DNA from: a virus
Lineage: Duplodnaviria; Caudoviricetes
Length of the DNA: 64,000 nt
Reading direction: 5' to 3' (one strand)
Virus record (IMG/VR): IMGVR_UViG_3300023218_000062
Positions 50,187 to 59,680 of this stretch are shown in pieces. Numbering within the stretch: the first letter of the stretch is position 1; each line of letters opens with the position of its first letter. Both the position numbers and the translations under genes were made by a program. Under the pieces are notes generated by a model, which worked only from the letters and a program-made list of their open reading frames with translations, was not told where the DNA came from and ran no database searches.

Positions 50187-50801
50187 TATACTAATGTTTT
50201 CATTCCATAAAGGTTCTAACACAATGCAGACAAGTTTTGATGTTTACCAAAACGGAAAACTGATTCACGTTCTACAATTTAACTACGATGTGAGTCCACA
50301 AAAAATCAAACAGGATATGGGAGAACGCGATGGATTTCAAGGACCATTGTTAGTCGTAAAAAAGCCAATGCTTAAAGTGAAATAACACTTGTCAAGCTAC
50401 TTTGAAACTTCTCAGTATGGAGAATGTTCTTAATTTCAAAACATAGGAATATACCGCATGATTACTAAGCAACAGAATGAAATGATTAGAGAGTTACGTG
50501 ACAGTGGATGCGCGGTCATTATTTTTCCGCTAGAAGACCTGAAGGGTGTTGACCCTGAATTAATTGAAGAAGCGCTAATAGTTGAAGGTAACATTATTAT
50601 TGAGAAATTGTCTCAAGAATGATAGGTAACTACTTGTCTAAAAAGGAAAAATGGACTCTCGCAATTCTTTATATGATAGTAATTATAGAGTTTACAGTTG
50701 TCATATACATGGCATCCAATCAATAATAATTTAAATAGTGGTTGCATTATTTGAATTTTTCTATATAATAGATTTCACATTCATTGATAGGAGAGTATTT
50801 G

Positions 50802-51308
50802 ATGCATACCATTTATGAAGCACGGCAAGAAGTTGAAAAGTGTCTTGAACGTGCAAAGGAACTCTTTGGTTTCAACGCGGATGTTGACATTTCTTTTGAC
50901 AAACGTGGTCGTATTGCTGGAATGGCACATAACTCGCCTAATGGATATGCTTTGAAATTCAATCATCAATTGCTCGAAAACGAACATTGGGGAGAATTGA
51001 TTGATGAAACGATTCCCCATGAGGTAGCGCATATTGTATGCTACTTTAATCCTACTCTTGGTAAGAATCATGACCAAGGCTGGCGTAGAGTATGCAGAAT
51101 GTTGGGTGGTCGTGGTGATCGTACTCATAATATGCCGCTCAAACGTGCTCGGGTGACTCGTAAGGCACTCTATGAGATCAATGGCAAGACTGTTCATGTT
51201 GGTCTTACTGTGCATCGTAGAATCCAACAGGGAAGGGCTTACAATATGCGTAGTGCTGGCAGAATACATCCTACTGACTTCACTGGACAGATTATAAAAA
51301 TGAAATAA
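50802..51308 (+). CDS. SprT-like zinc metalloprotease
   Basis: RGRIAGMA, LKFN..LL, ETIPHEVAHIV, HDQGWRRVCRMLGG. Confidence 0.88.
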   Translation: MHTIYEARQEVEKCLERAKELFGFNADVDISFDKRGRIAGMAHNSPNGYALKFNHQLLENEHWGELIDETIPHEVAHIVCYFNPTLGKNHDQGWRRVCRMLGGRGDRTHNMPLKRARVTRKALYEINGKTVHVGLTVHRRIQQGRAYNMRSAGRIHPTDFTGQIIKMK

Positions 51309-51356
51309 GACTTGACAAAACCCTCGATAGTTGATACTATTATAACTATCGAGGGT

Positions 51357-51523
51357 GTTTTAAGAGTGACTTTAACACTGGCCTTTCATTTTAGCTTTCG
51401 CTCACATTTTAGATTGTTGCCGGTCACACTTTCCTCGGGGGATATTGGATGAATTGATGAATGGTGCGGGTCAATAACCCAATCCTGAAATCACGAAGAT
51501 CAAGTTAGAGTCACTCTTAAAAC
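51357..51523. ncRNA. candidate ncRNA closed by an 18-bp stem
   Basis: TTTAAGAGTGACTTTAAC (51358-51375) pairs with GTTAGAGTCACTCTTAAA (51504-51521); no ORF inside. Confidence 0.5.
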
Positions 51524-52061
51524 ATTTTTAAACATCGGAGCTATGTAATGTCTAAACGACTCGAAGCATTAAGCGAAAAGGTTCGAAAAGGTATTCCCAT
51601 CAACTTTGCAGAAGGCATCGAAGTTATTGAATATCAGGAGCGGTTGCAGGCAGACCGAGAGCGAAAACGTAACAAGACTGTAATAGGCAGACTAATAAAC
51701 TGGATTCAACATAGATACGGGATATAAAAATGAGAACTCTAGAACAAATCGAACAGGAATATCGGAGAGTTAGTGATATTCTTTCATGGGAACCTGTTAC
51801 GGAAGAAGGTTTGTTAGAACTTCCCTTTCCAGACGTCGTATGAATAACAGATTTGTGCGAGGTCGCCTTACTCGGGATCGTTCCGGTACTGTTAGTGTCA
51901 ACATCGATCATACCATGTTGGCATGTAATTTAAATGATGCAATCAGAGCACTACACACCGAAGCAGGTGAAGTGTATTTGAACAATGTTTGACAAATCTG
52001 ACAAAATGAGGTTGAAGATGAATTTGAATGGGATGATTTTATTGAAAGTATTCGTATTAGT

Positions 52062-52373
52062 TTGATAGATAAATTCTCTTCTTTTCGTGTAACTGATAAG
52101 TGGTTGGATCGTGAATCACATGCAATTCTTGAAAACGATTTCGGAACCGTAACGGTTAATGAATATTGCGGCATGGCTGCTATTAGTTTTGTTCCTGTTG
52201 ATTATTCTACCGTTGCACCATATCGGTATGAAACACTTCGTCAAGAAAATTTGTGCTTCGGTTGGATGCGTCAAATTGAACATACATGGAGAAAAATTAT
52301 TGGTCAACATGGAACTTCATTTAATTTACATGGATTTATGTCGAATGGTGTGGGAGTATTTGTAAGAGAATAA
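52062..52373 (+). CDS. hypothetical protein (3' part of a frameshifted gene starting near 51838)
   Basis: FMSNGVGVF end motif; upstream ORF 51786-51992 joins by a frame change. Confidence 0.55.
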   Translation: MIDKFSSFRVTDKWLDRESHAILENDFGTVTVNEYCGMAAISFVPVDYSTVAPYRYETLRQENLCFGWMRQIEHTWRKIIGQHGTSFNLHGFMSNGVGVFVRE

Positions 52374-52537
52374 TTTAACAAATACCCCTTGACAAATCTG
52401 AAATCTATTGTATAATTGTTTCATCATTTTTATAAAGGAACCATAATGTCACCTGATGCAGAATATGTTTTTCATCATATTGACTAATTCAATCGTATGT
52501 GGCATACTATTAAAAATCTATCTAATGGAGATATTAA

Positions 52538-52948
52538 ATGTTTACACTTCAAGATTGCTTCAATGCTGCATGGCACCATTTTATCGAAAATCAAAATCCT
52601 CCATCGGTCTCGTTAGGGGTATGGAGCGATGGTAAATACAAACCAGTGTATAATAATGGCACAAATAAATGTGCAATCGGTCTATTGACTGATGATCTTA
52701 AATATTGGGATGGTAGCATTCAAGAGTTATTTACGGAACAGAAAAAGGAATTCAAGGATCTCATACAACAGTTTAATGTTAATTCAGTCATAGAGGGTAT
52801 TGAAGCATGGCAGGAAGCGCAAAATAGGCTCCATGATGATCTTATTAACTACACAACTGGTGAATGGGCTTGTTCATTTCAAGAGCGTAAAGATAGCTAT
52901 ATTCAGTTTGCGCAGGAATTTGCTTTGAAAATCCCGAATGAACATTAA
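52538..52948 (+). CDS. hypothetical protein
   Basis: GGAG SD; KCAIGLL motif. Confidence 0.65.
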   Translation: MFTLQDCFNAAWHHFIENQNPPSVSLGVWSDGKYKPVYNNGTNKCAIGLLTDDLKYWDGSIQELFTEQKKEFKDLIQQFNVNSVIEGIEAWQEAQNRLHDDLINYTTGEWACSFQERKDSYIQFAQEFALKIPNEH

Positions 52949-52950
52949 CC

Positions 52951-53145
52951 ATGAACATTAATGAAGTTTACGAAAATTTGTGCATTAGGGATTCCAGAAA
53001 TCCGATGTATGATGCATTGAAGGGTCCATATGATACCATGCCTGACCCTAGAATCAATTGTGCGTGCGACAATTGTTTCTATGGTAGAGACAGATTAGCT
53101 CTTGAAATTATTCGATTGCGTATGAAATTGAATTTATATCATTAG
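52951..53145 (+). CDS. Cys-rich hypothetical protein
   Basis: LCIRDSRNP...CACDNCFYGRDRLA. Confidence 0.65.
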   Translation: MNINEVYENLCIRDSRNPMYDALKGPYDTMPDPRINCACDNCFYGRDRLALEIIRLRMKLNLYH

Positions 53146-53260
53146 CGGTCAACAAACTTTTCGATACCTGATATAAATATATCATCATACATGAGGACTT
53201 TCTGGAAACTGGTGTGATACTGGCATTATATTATTAGTTAAGCGCCCTTATACCCCCTCA

Positions 53261-53287
53261 AACCCCCTAACGTATCGTTAGGGGTTT
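53261..53287. repeat. palindrome family copy 3
   Basis: AACCCCCTAACGTATCGTTAGGGGTTT. Confidence 0.75.
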
Positions 53288-53420
53288 AATGTATCTCATT
53301 CTTAACAGTATCCCGTTTAATGTACAGAATGAGATATATTATTATATTTTCAAATTTTTATTGCATTGTTTGGCTAGCCATGATACAATATACTCACATT
53401 CACTAATCAGAGAAACTTAA

Positions 53421-53699
53421 ATGTCTGCCGAAGTTGTCAACGGACGTTTCATGGTTTGTGTTGATTGCGCTATGTTCATCGCTAATGATGATCTTAGCAG
53501 ACTTGATTACCATTTTCTTCCTGATGAAGCGGAACAGCGTGAAATCGCTATCCGTAATAGTGTTCAACATCAAATCAATCAGGGAAATCATATTGTTATG
53601 AGAAATTCTGATGATGATATTGAATTTTCCAAAAGTCCTTGTGATTGTTGTGCCGATCATTTACATGGATATCGTCACCATGCGGTTTTACTTAAATGA
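53421..53699 (+). CDS. zinc-binding hypothetical protein
   Basis: CVDC and FSKSPCDCC...G.RH motifs. Confidence 0.7.
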   Translation: MSAEVVNGRFMVCVDCAMFIANDDLSRLDYHFLPDEAEQREIAIRNSVQHQINQGNHIVMRNSDDDIEFSKSPCDCCADHLHGYRHHAVLLK

Positions 53700-53783
53700 G
53701 AACCATTCTCATTTGACAATAAGAACCATTCTCATTTGACAATAAGAACCATTCTCATTTGACAATAAGAACCATTCTCATTT
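53694..53783. repeat. 23-bp tandem repeat x3.7 of Fur-box-like sites
   Basis: Unit AGAACCATTCTCATTTGACAATA; first unit reads AAATGAGAACCATTCTCATTT. Confidence 0.9.
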
Positions 53784-53984
53784 AACCTTATCTCGATTCA
53801 ACCCTAGATAGTAACATGTAACATCCTGTAAATGCAAGACTTTTTTCATCCTATCCTAGGGCCTTTATCATATCCTGATACCGTTGTCAAGTAATTTTTA
53901 AAAAATTAATTTTTAAATTTCTATTGACAACGCTTTATATCTAAGCGATAATATTTGCACATTCACTGATAAAGGTAACTCGTT

Positions 53985-54293
53985 ATGCGAAAGATTGAAC
54001 AACAAATGATTGAAGCCATTCAAAACAAGCGCAATTGGAAGTCTGGCAATACTTCGGTCGAATACTTACCAGAAATTGAAACAGTTACGCGGGCACGTAT
54101 TGAAATGGCAAAAGTTTATCTTTTCGGTAACTGTATTGCTACCTATTCTTATTATAATAATACGGCTTATATCGTTGCCAGTACGCTTGTAAAATGGCCT
54201 ACTGTTACAACCTTTTCTCGCCTTCGTGCTCTTGGGTTTGATCCTAAATCGGAACTCAAGAGAATTGCAAATAACATACAGGATGCAGCATGA
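53985..54293 (+). CDS. early hypothetical protein (MRKIE...VYLFGN.IA family)
   Basis: Own promoter 53924-53952 and terminator ~54447-54470. Confidence 0.75.
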   Translation: MRKIEQQMIEAIQNKRNWKSGNTSVEYLPEIETVTRARIEMAKVYLFGNCIATYSYYNNTAYIVASTLVKWPTVTTFSRLRALGFDPKSELKRIANNIQDAA

Positions 54294-54606
54294 AAAACAA
54301 TTATCGCAAACTAACCAAGAAACAATGGTATGACCTTGGCGGCTTTGCCACTCCATCATTGTTTCGTCGTGACCGTGGCAAGGGATGGGAATACTATCAG
54401 GATACAGACCACCCTGCTAGTGATTATAACTATAGTGAATAAAGAATCGGGGCTTCGGCCCCTTTTCTTTTATCCTACTCTAGAGCCTTTATCATACAAT
54501 CAAAACAATTGCAACCCATAAATGAAATAATTTATTTTAAATAAGTATTGACTCTTCTGAAAATATCAGTATAATTGTTTACATCATTTCAATAAGGGAA
54601 ATAGTT

Positions 54607-54846
54607 ATGGAAAATGTAAATTTTGCTGGTTTTGAGTCCACCGTTGAATTTGCCACGTATTCGAATGGGCGCACCGCTATTCAGCTTTGTGATGCAAACG
54701 ATGGCCAGCCAATTGCTACGGCAACAGTCAACCTTCCCGATGAACCGATGGCTGAGGATGAGGCTGATATCAAGAACTATAGCGAAAACTCTGGCATATT
54801 AGATGCTTTAATAGACGCTGGGGGTGATTGCCCGCCCGCATCGTGA
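54607..54846 (+). CDS. early hypothetical protein (YSNGRTAIQL...PIATATVNL...IKNYSEN family)
   Basis: Own promoter 54548-54575; C-terminus possibly frameshifted. Confidence 0.7.
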   Translation: MENVNFAGFESTVEFATYSNGRTAIQLCDANDGQPIATATVNLPDEPMAEDEADIKNYSENSGILDALIDAGGDCPPAS

Positions 54847-55118
54847 AATCCCTAGGGGCTTCGTCACCATACCAGTCTGCACCCTTCTGGTCAATCCAAC
54901 TCAATCCTAGTCAGTGAATGGTCTAGGTGGGCACGGTTTTCCGTGCCCTTTTTTAATCCTACTCTAAAGCCTTTATCATATCCTATCCCATGGGGCAACA
55001 ACGTTCGACGGAACTATGTCACAAAAAATTTTACCAATAATTACTAAACCCCTTGCAATCTCTCGAAAAATAATTATAATAGATTCTAACATTCACTAAA
55101 CAAAGGATAGTAGATATT

Positions 55119-55853
55119 ATGCCAAGTCAAGAAATCGTTGAAATTTTCCGGAATCATGGCGTGAACATCACTGCCAACGACAAGAGTACGAAACTGGTCA
55201 GGGTGCTCAAAGAAGAAAACCCTGCATCACTATGGCCCATACTTGAAGAGTTTACTAACAACAAGCCAATCGGCCTTGATGGCTGCAATGAAAGGATGCA
55301 TCATTACACGCTGCAATATGCACTGGTAAGGGCGTTTGAGCAGGACCGTACCAGTATCACTCAAGAAGATATTGACGCTGCCCGTCAAGACGCTGCAAAA
55401 CTCGCTGAATCTCTTTCTACAGGTTCATCTACTCGCGCTGATACAGTAGTCGAAAACGATGATATTGATGATACAGAAAATACCACCAAGGTCGCCAAAA
55501 CTCGAAAACGTGATGCTAGCTTGTATCCATTGATTCTTTCACTTGTCGAAAGCAACATGAAGGCAACACCTAACGAAATTCTCGATATGGTGAAAAAATC
55601 AAAGCCCGACGTTAACGAGTCCACTGCTAAAGTGTACTACAGCAAGGCACGCAATGAACTCAACCTCCCGAAGATCGGTAGGCGTGGCCGTAAGAATTCA
55701 GGTATCTATGACAAGATCAAGGCATTGATTGAAACTAACCCGGCCGCTTATCGTGCTGAAATGATCGAACGCATCGTTAATGAACTTGGAGCCAAGACAG
55801 GCACCGCTCAAGCCTACTACAGCAAGGCAATGAGAGAATTGAGCCTAACCTAG
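55119..55853 (+). CDS. putative DNA-binding protein, paralog of 47998-48708
   Basis: STAKVYYSKARNELNL..IGRRGRK.S and GTAQAYYSKAMREL. Confidence 0.75.
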   Translation: MPSQEIVEIFRNHGVNITANDKSTKLVRVLKEENPASLWPILEEFTNNKPIGLDGCNERMHHYTLQYALVRAFEQDRTSITQEDIDAARQDAAKLAESLSTGSSTRADTVVENDDIDDTENTTKVAKTRKRDASLYPLILSLVESNMKATPNEILDMVKKSKPDVNESTAKVYYSKARNELNLPKIGRRGRKNSGIYDKIKALIETNPAAYRAEMIERIVNELGAKTGTAQAYYSKAMRELSLT

Positions 55854-56061
55854 CTTAAGATCAAAAACTATTCAGGGGGCATCCTATGCCCCCCTGAATT
55901 TTATCCTATTCTAATGCCTTTAACTCATCAATATAATCAACATCTATCAATCAATCAGAATTCATGCACAAATCGGATTTACAATTATTTTCAGAAATCG
56001 GTTGACGATCCTGAAAATATCTGTATAATCCTTAATTACATTCACTGATAGGAGATTACTT

Positions 56062-56337
56062 ATGTATGACCAAGATAACTTGATCGAGATTGGAAACGAA
56101 GCCGTCAAGGCAATCGAAGCGAGCATCGAAGATATGTATCGTGCCATGGAAGACATTAACACGCATTTACTCGGAATGTATGATGCGTTACCTGATTCAA
56201 CCATCAACCATAACGTGAAGGCACTGGACGGCCTTATACCAGCACTGGACGGCCTTATTATTAAAAACGTAAGACCCGGAGTTCTGGAACTTGAACACGA
56301 AATTCATAAACTCAAGCTCAAATTAAGCAAATTGTGA
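56062..56337 (+). CDS. early hypothetical protein with a 21-bp internal duplication
   Basis: AGGAG SD; ALDGLIP-ALDGLI. Confidence 0.7.
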   Translation: MYDQDNLIEIGNEAVKAIEASIEDMYRAMEDINTHLLGMYDALPDSTINHNVKALDGLIPALDGLIIKNVRPGVLELEHEIHKLKLKLSKL

Positions 56338-56588
56338 ATGAATGAATAGGGTTCCGGCCCTTAGCTCACTTTGCCCCGCTGTCAAGCGGGGCTTTTTTTA
56401 TCCTATTCTAATGCCTTTAACTCATCGTCATCCATTTGTCAATACCCTAAGCAAAAATATAATCAACATCTATCAATCAATCAGAATTCATGCACAAATC
56501 GGATTTACAATTATTTTCAGAAATCGGTTGACGATCCTGAAAATATCTGTATAATCCTTAATTACATTCACTGATAGGAGAAAACAAG

Positions 56589-56843
56589 ATGCAGGAACGA
56601 TTCGACAAGATCATGGAAGCCGGAAACAACGGTCGGTTTTTTTCTGTTCGCTTCATCAAGCGGTCCAATGGTGCGGAACGTTTCATGAACTGCCGTCTTG
56701 GAGTCACGAAACACCTCAAGGGCGGTAACAAGGCATACGATGATAAGGCTCACAATCTTGTCACCGTTTACGATCTTCAAGCCGAAGGGTATCGCTGCAT
56801 TCCATTGGAAAGCATCTTTGAACTTAACGGTGAACCTATCTGA
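56589..56843 (+). CDS. small SH3/WYL-like fold phage protein
   Basis: FFSVRFIKR.NG.ER.MNCRLGV..HLKGG...LVTVYDL...GYRCI. Confidence 0.7.
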   Translation: MQERFDKIMEAGNNGRFFSVRFIKRSNGAERFMNCRLGVTKHLKGGNKAYDDKAHNLVTVYDLQAEGYRCIPLESIFELNGEPI

Positions 56844-57050
56844 TAGGTTCAATCGTATCATCAGGAGGATGCGAATCATTCGCATCCTCTTTTTTATCCT
56901 AGGGCCTTTAACTCATCATCAACCATTTGTCAAGAACTTTCGACGGAACTGCATTACATAAAAAAATTTACAATTATTTTCAGAAATCGGTTGACGATCC
57001 TGAAAATATCTGTATAATCCTTAATTACATTCACTGATAAGGGTAACACG

Positions 57051-57938
57051 ATGAACGGAAATCAAAAGATTCACAAGATTGTAGCGCAAGCTTTTATAGA
57101 CCAAATCGAAGCAGGCATGGCGGATGGTAAATGGACTGCTCCATGGGCGAAGTTTGCCACAGACTTTCCGACCAATGCAGTGACAAAAAAGACATACCGT
57201 GGTTTCAATATCTTCTCATTGTGGAGCGCTGGATTCTCATCTCCGTATTGGGCTACCTTTAAGCAATGGAAGTCGATTGATGCCACGGTCAAGAAAGGAT
57301 CAAAAGGTTCATTGGTTGTTTTCTGGAAAATCATCGATTCCAAGACTCGATTCGACGCTAACGGCAATCCTGAAAAGGTTCCCTTCCTGCGATTCTCGAA
57401 CGTATTCAATGCCGATCAAGTTGACGGCTGGACCGCTCCGACACTGGAAGATCGTCCTACCCTTTCAACAAATGAAATTCACGCTGAATGCGACGCAATG
57501 ATCGCAGCAACAGGCGCTGAAATCCAGCATGGCGGCAATATGGCCTGTTACATTCCAAGCCATGACCGCATCCTGCTTCCTGAATTCAACGCCTTCCATG
57601 ATGCGGATTCATACTATCAGACCGCATTCCATGAACTGGCGCATTGGACGGGTCATGCTTCACGACTGGACCGCAATCTTTCAACCCGGTTCGGAAGCAA
57701 TGCATATGCTTTGGAAGAACTGCTAGCAGAACTTACAGCAGCCATTGTGGGCGTTCGTATGGGCATTGATGTCACTACCCGCATGGACCATGCAAAGTAT
57801 GTGAAGAGCTGGCTCACAGCGCTTCGTGAACAGCCTGAATGCCTGATGCATATCGCCAGCAAGGCAAGCAAGGTAGCGGATTACCTGATCGAAGGCGAAG
57901 CAGGTGAAACCGAACAGTATCAAGCGCAAGCCGCTTGA
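57051..57938 (+). CDS. ardC: ArdC-family antirestriction ssDNA-binding protein with zincin-like C-terminus
   Basis: W..PW, P.N..T...YRGFN, WATFKQW, VKKGSKG, VFNADQ, ACY.PS.DRI..P..F, FHELAHWTGH.SRLDR, YA.EEL.AE. Confidence 0.93.
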   Translation: MNGNQKIHKIVAQAFIDQIEAGMADGKWTAPWAKFATDFPTNAVTKKTYRGFNIFSLWSAGFSSPYWATFKQWKSIDATVKKGSKGSLVVFWKIIDSKTRFDANGNPEKVPFLRFSNVFNADQVDGWTAPTLEDRPTLSTNEIHAECDAMIAATGAEIQHGGNMACYIPSHDRILLPEFNAFHDADSYYQTAFHELAHWTGHASRLDRNLSTRFGSNAYALEELLAELTAAIVGVRMGIDVTTRMDHAKYVKSWLTALREQPECLMHIASKASKVADYLIEGEAGETEQYQAQAA

Positions 57939-59028
57939 TTAATCATTAGGTACCATTGAGGATGCGAATCATTCGCATCCTCTTTTTTTATCCTACTTTA
58001 GACCCTTTAACTCATCATCAACCATTTGTCAAGAATTTTCAATTACAACTTTATTCTATATCCGCTTGACTAAACGCTATGGTGCATGGTACTATATACT
58101 CGCATTCACTGAAACATTAGAAATCAAATACAATTCCGATATCATTCAGAGCGAAACCGATTTGGTAGACTCTCTTATCAGCGATACCACGTTCGCTTCA
58201 AAACTGCAACGCAAACCAAACTAGCATATCATATTCATTACAATGACCAATGCGACAAAGTGGTTCGATCTGCTATGTTATGGCGCTATAGATCACTTGG
58301 AAAGTAATTGACAATCCGAAAAGTGTCTGTATAATATAGACTACAGCCTAAGCAAACTAAACAGGTATGAAGATGAATGATTCATTGCAACATCAACAAA
58401 TGGAATGGAATGATCTTGAAGAGAGAGTTACTCATCATGATACCATGAAAGAACTCTCACCGTTAGAGTATCAATGGTTGAAAGATTATCGAATGCACTT
58501 CAATAAGATGTGATGTATAACTATACAGTGGAGATATATACAGTACCATAAACACCATATAGAAAAACTGAAAACAAGTTTGGGATTTTTTTTCTTCTGT
58601 ATATTCATACAGTTGACAGGGGCGTACGGGCCGTGCTAAGCAATTGAGCAAATATTGACCACTTTTTTATATAGAAAGTGTCTCGAAAATTTTGATTAGT
58701 CCTACAGGAGAATATTAGACCCTTTTTTATTTTTTATTATTATTTTTTATCATTTGGTAGGATTTTTCACGATTTATAATAATTTGTGATCGTTTTTCAT
58801 AAGTTGTGGCTGTTTTTCATGAATATTGATAGACACAATTTTATTGTATAAACACAATACAATGTTTTGGCATTGATTCTGCTACACAGAATACAAGTTT
58901 CGGTTTTGTATATATGAAAGGGGGGGGTCTTTTATATAAGGGTTTACATATTATCGAAATTTTTTTCTCAGAGTTTTTATCTGGTATGACTTATACTATA
59001 AAAATATTGAAAGATGTTAAAAATCAGT

Positions 59029-59445
59029 CTATAAATTTGTATAATTATTATATGAAAGTTTTATTTGATGTGATAAACCAGCCGAGGATATTAGTGGTTT
59101 AGATAATAAGTTATCTGCTAAATCTTCTAACAGTGATTCTAAGAAAGCTTCTGATAATGATCCTAAGAAGGAGTCTTCCAATTTGATAGATCGTATTAGT
59201 ACTACACTTAAAAACAATACGTTTTCAGTTAATTTATATGATATGGTAGATTGGTCTGAGCTAGAGGATGGAAGAAACTGAGATGCAATAGAGGGACTAT
59301 CATCAAGAGGGGTCGGAAAATCTGAGAACAGCGAATATGCTTGAAGCTTATATAGAAGGATTGCGTTTAAATAATGCCCTACGAAAAAAGGTATAACATC
59401 TGAGCACATATCTGCAGCAACTACATATTTAAAAGAGCATTTCAA
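59029..59445 (-). CDS. hypothetical protein
   Basis: 138-aa ORF. Confidence 0.5.
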   Translation of the reverse strand: MKCSFKYVVAADMCSDVIPFFVGHYLNAILLYKLQAYSLFSDFPTPLDDSPSIASQFLPSSSSDQSTISYKLTENVLFLSVVLIRSIKLEDSFLGSLSEAFLESLLEDLADNLLSKPLISSAGLSHQIKLSYNNYTNL

Positions 59446-59464
59446 TAGTCTGTGGAATTAAGTT

Positions 59465-59680
59465 TCACCAGACACATTTTTCGTTATACCACTTTGCTAC
59501 TACTGTAGCTACTATAATTTTTGAATTATTTTTTACTTTACAGATAAAGAAACATGGTCCATTATTCGCTACAACGAATTTACCGTAACGTGTAAAGTTT
59601 CTATTCACACAGAACGGTGATTGTTCCCATTTGTCACAAATTCTTCCTTCTTTAACTTTTCTGAAATGATTGAATTCCAC
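59465..59680 (-). CDS. hypothetical protein
   Basis: 71-aa ORF. Confidence 0.45.
   Translation of the reverse strand: MEFNHFRKVKEGRICDKWEQSPFCVNRNFTRYGKFVVANNGPCFFICKVKNNSKIIVATVVAKWYNEKCVW

Larger units (their letters stand above)
55930..57039 (+). repeat. repeated promoter-leader block: 126 bp identical (55930-56055, 56456-56581) plus a 73-bp third copy (56967-57039)
   Basis: Contains TTGACG-16-TATAAT and leader TACATTCACTGATA. Confidence 0.92.

Noticed and set aside
51380-51470. RNase P RNA (minus-strand GAGGAAAG)
   Set aside because: Too short, and no CR-V partner to form P4.
53694-53783. CRISPR array
   Set aside because: Units are contiguous identical 23-mers with no unique spacers; no cas genes in the window.
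8512-57929. Numerous antisense or overlapping ORFs in the track (e.g. 8512-8919, 23413-24090, 40195-40635, 50781-51269, 57071-57409)
   Set aside because: They lie opposite well-supported genes and lack SD sequences and recognisable motifs.
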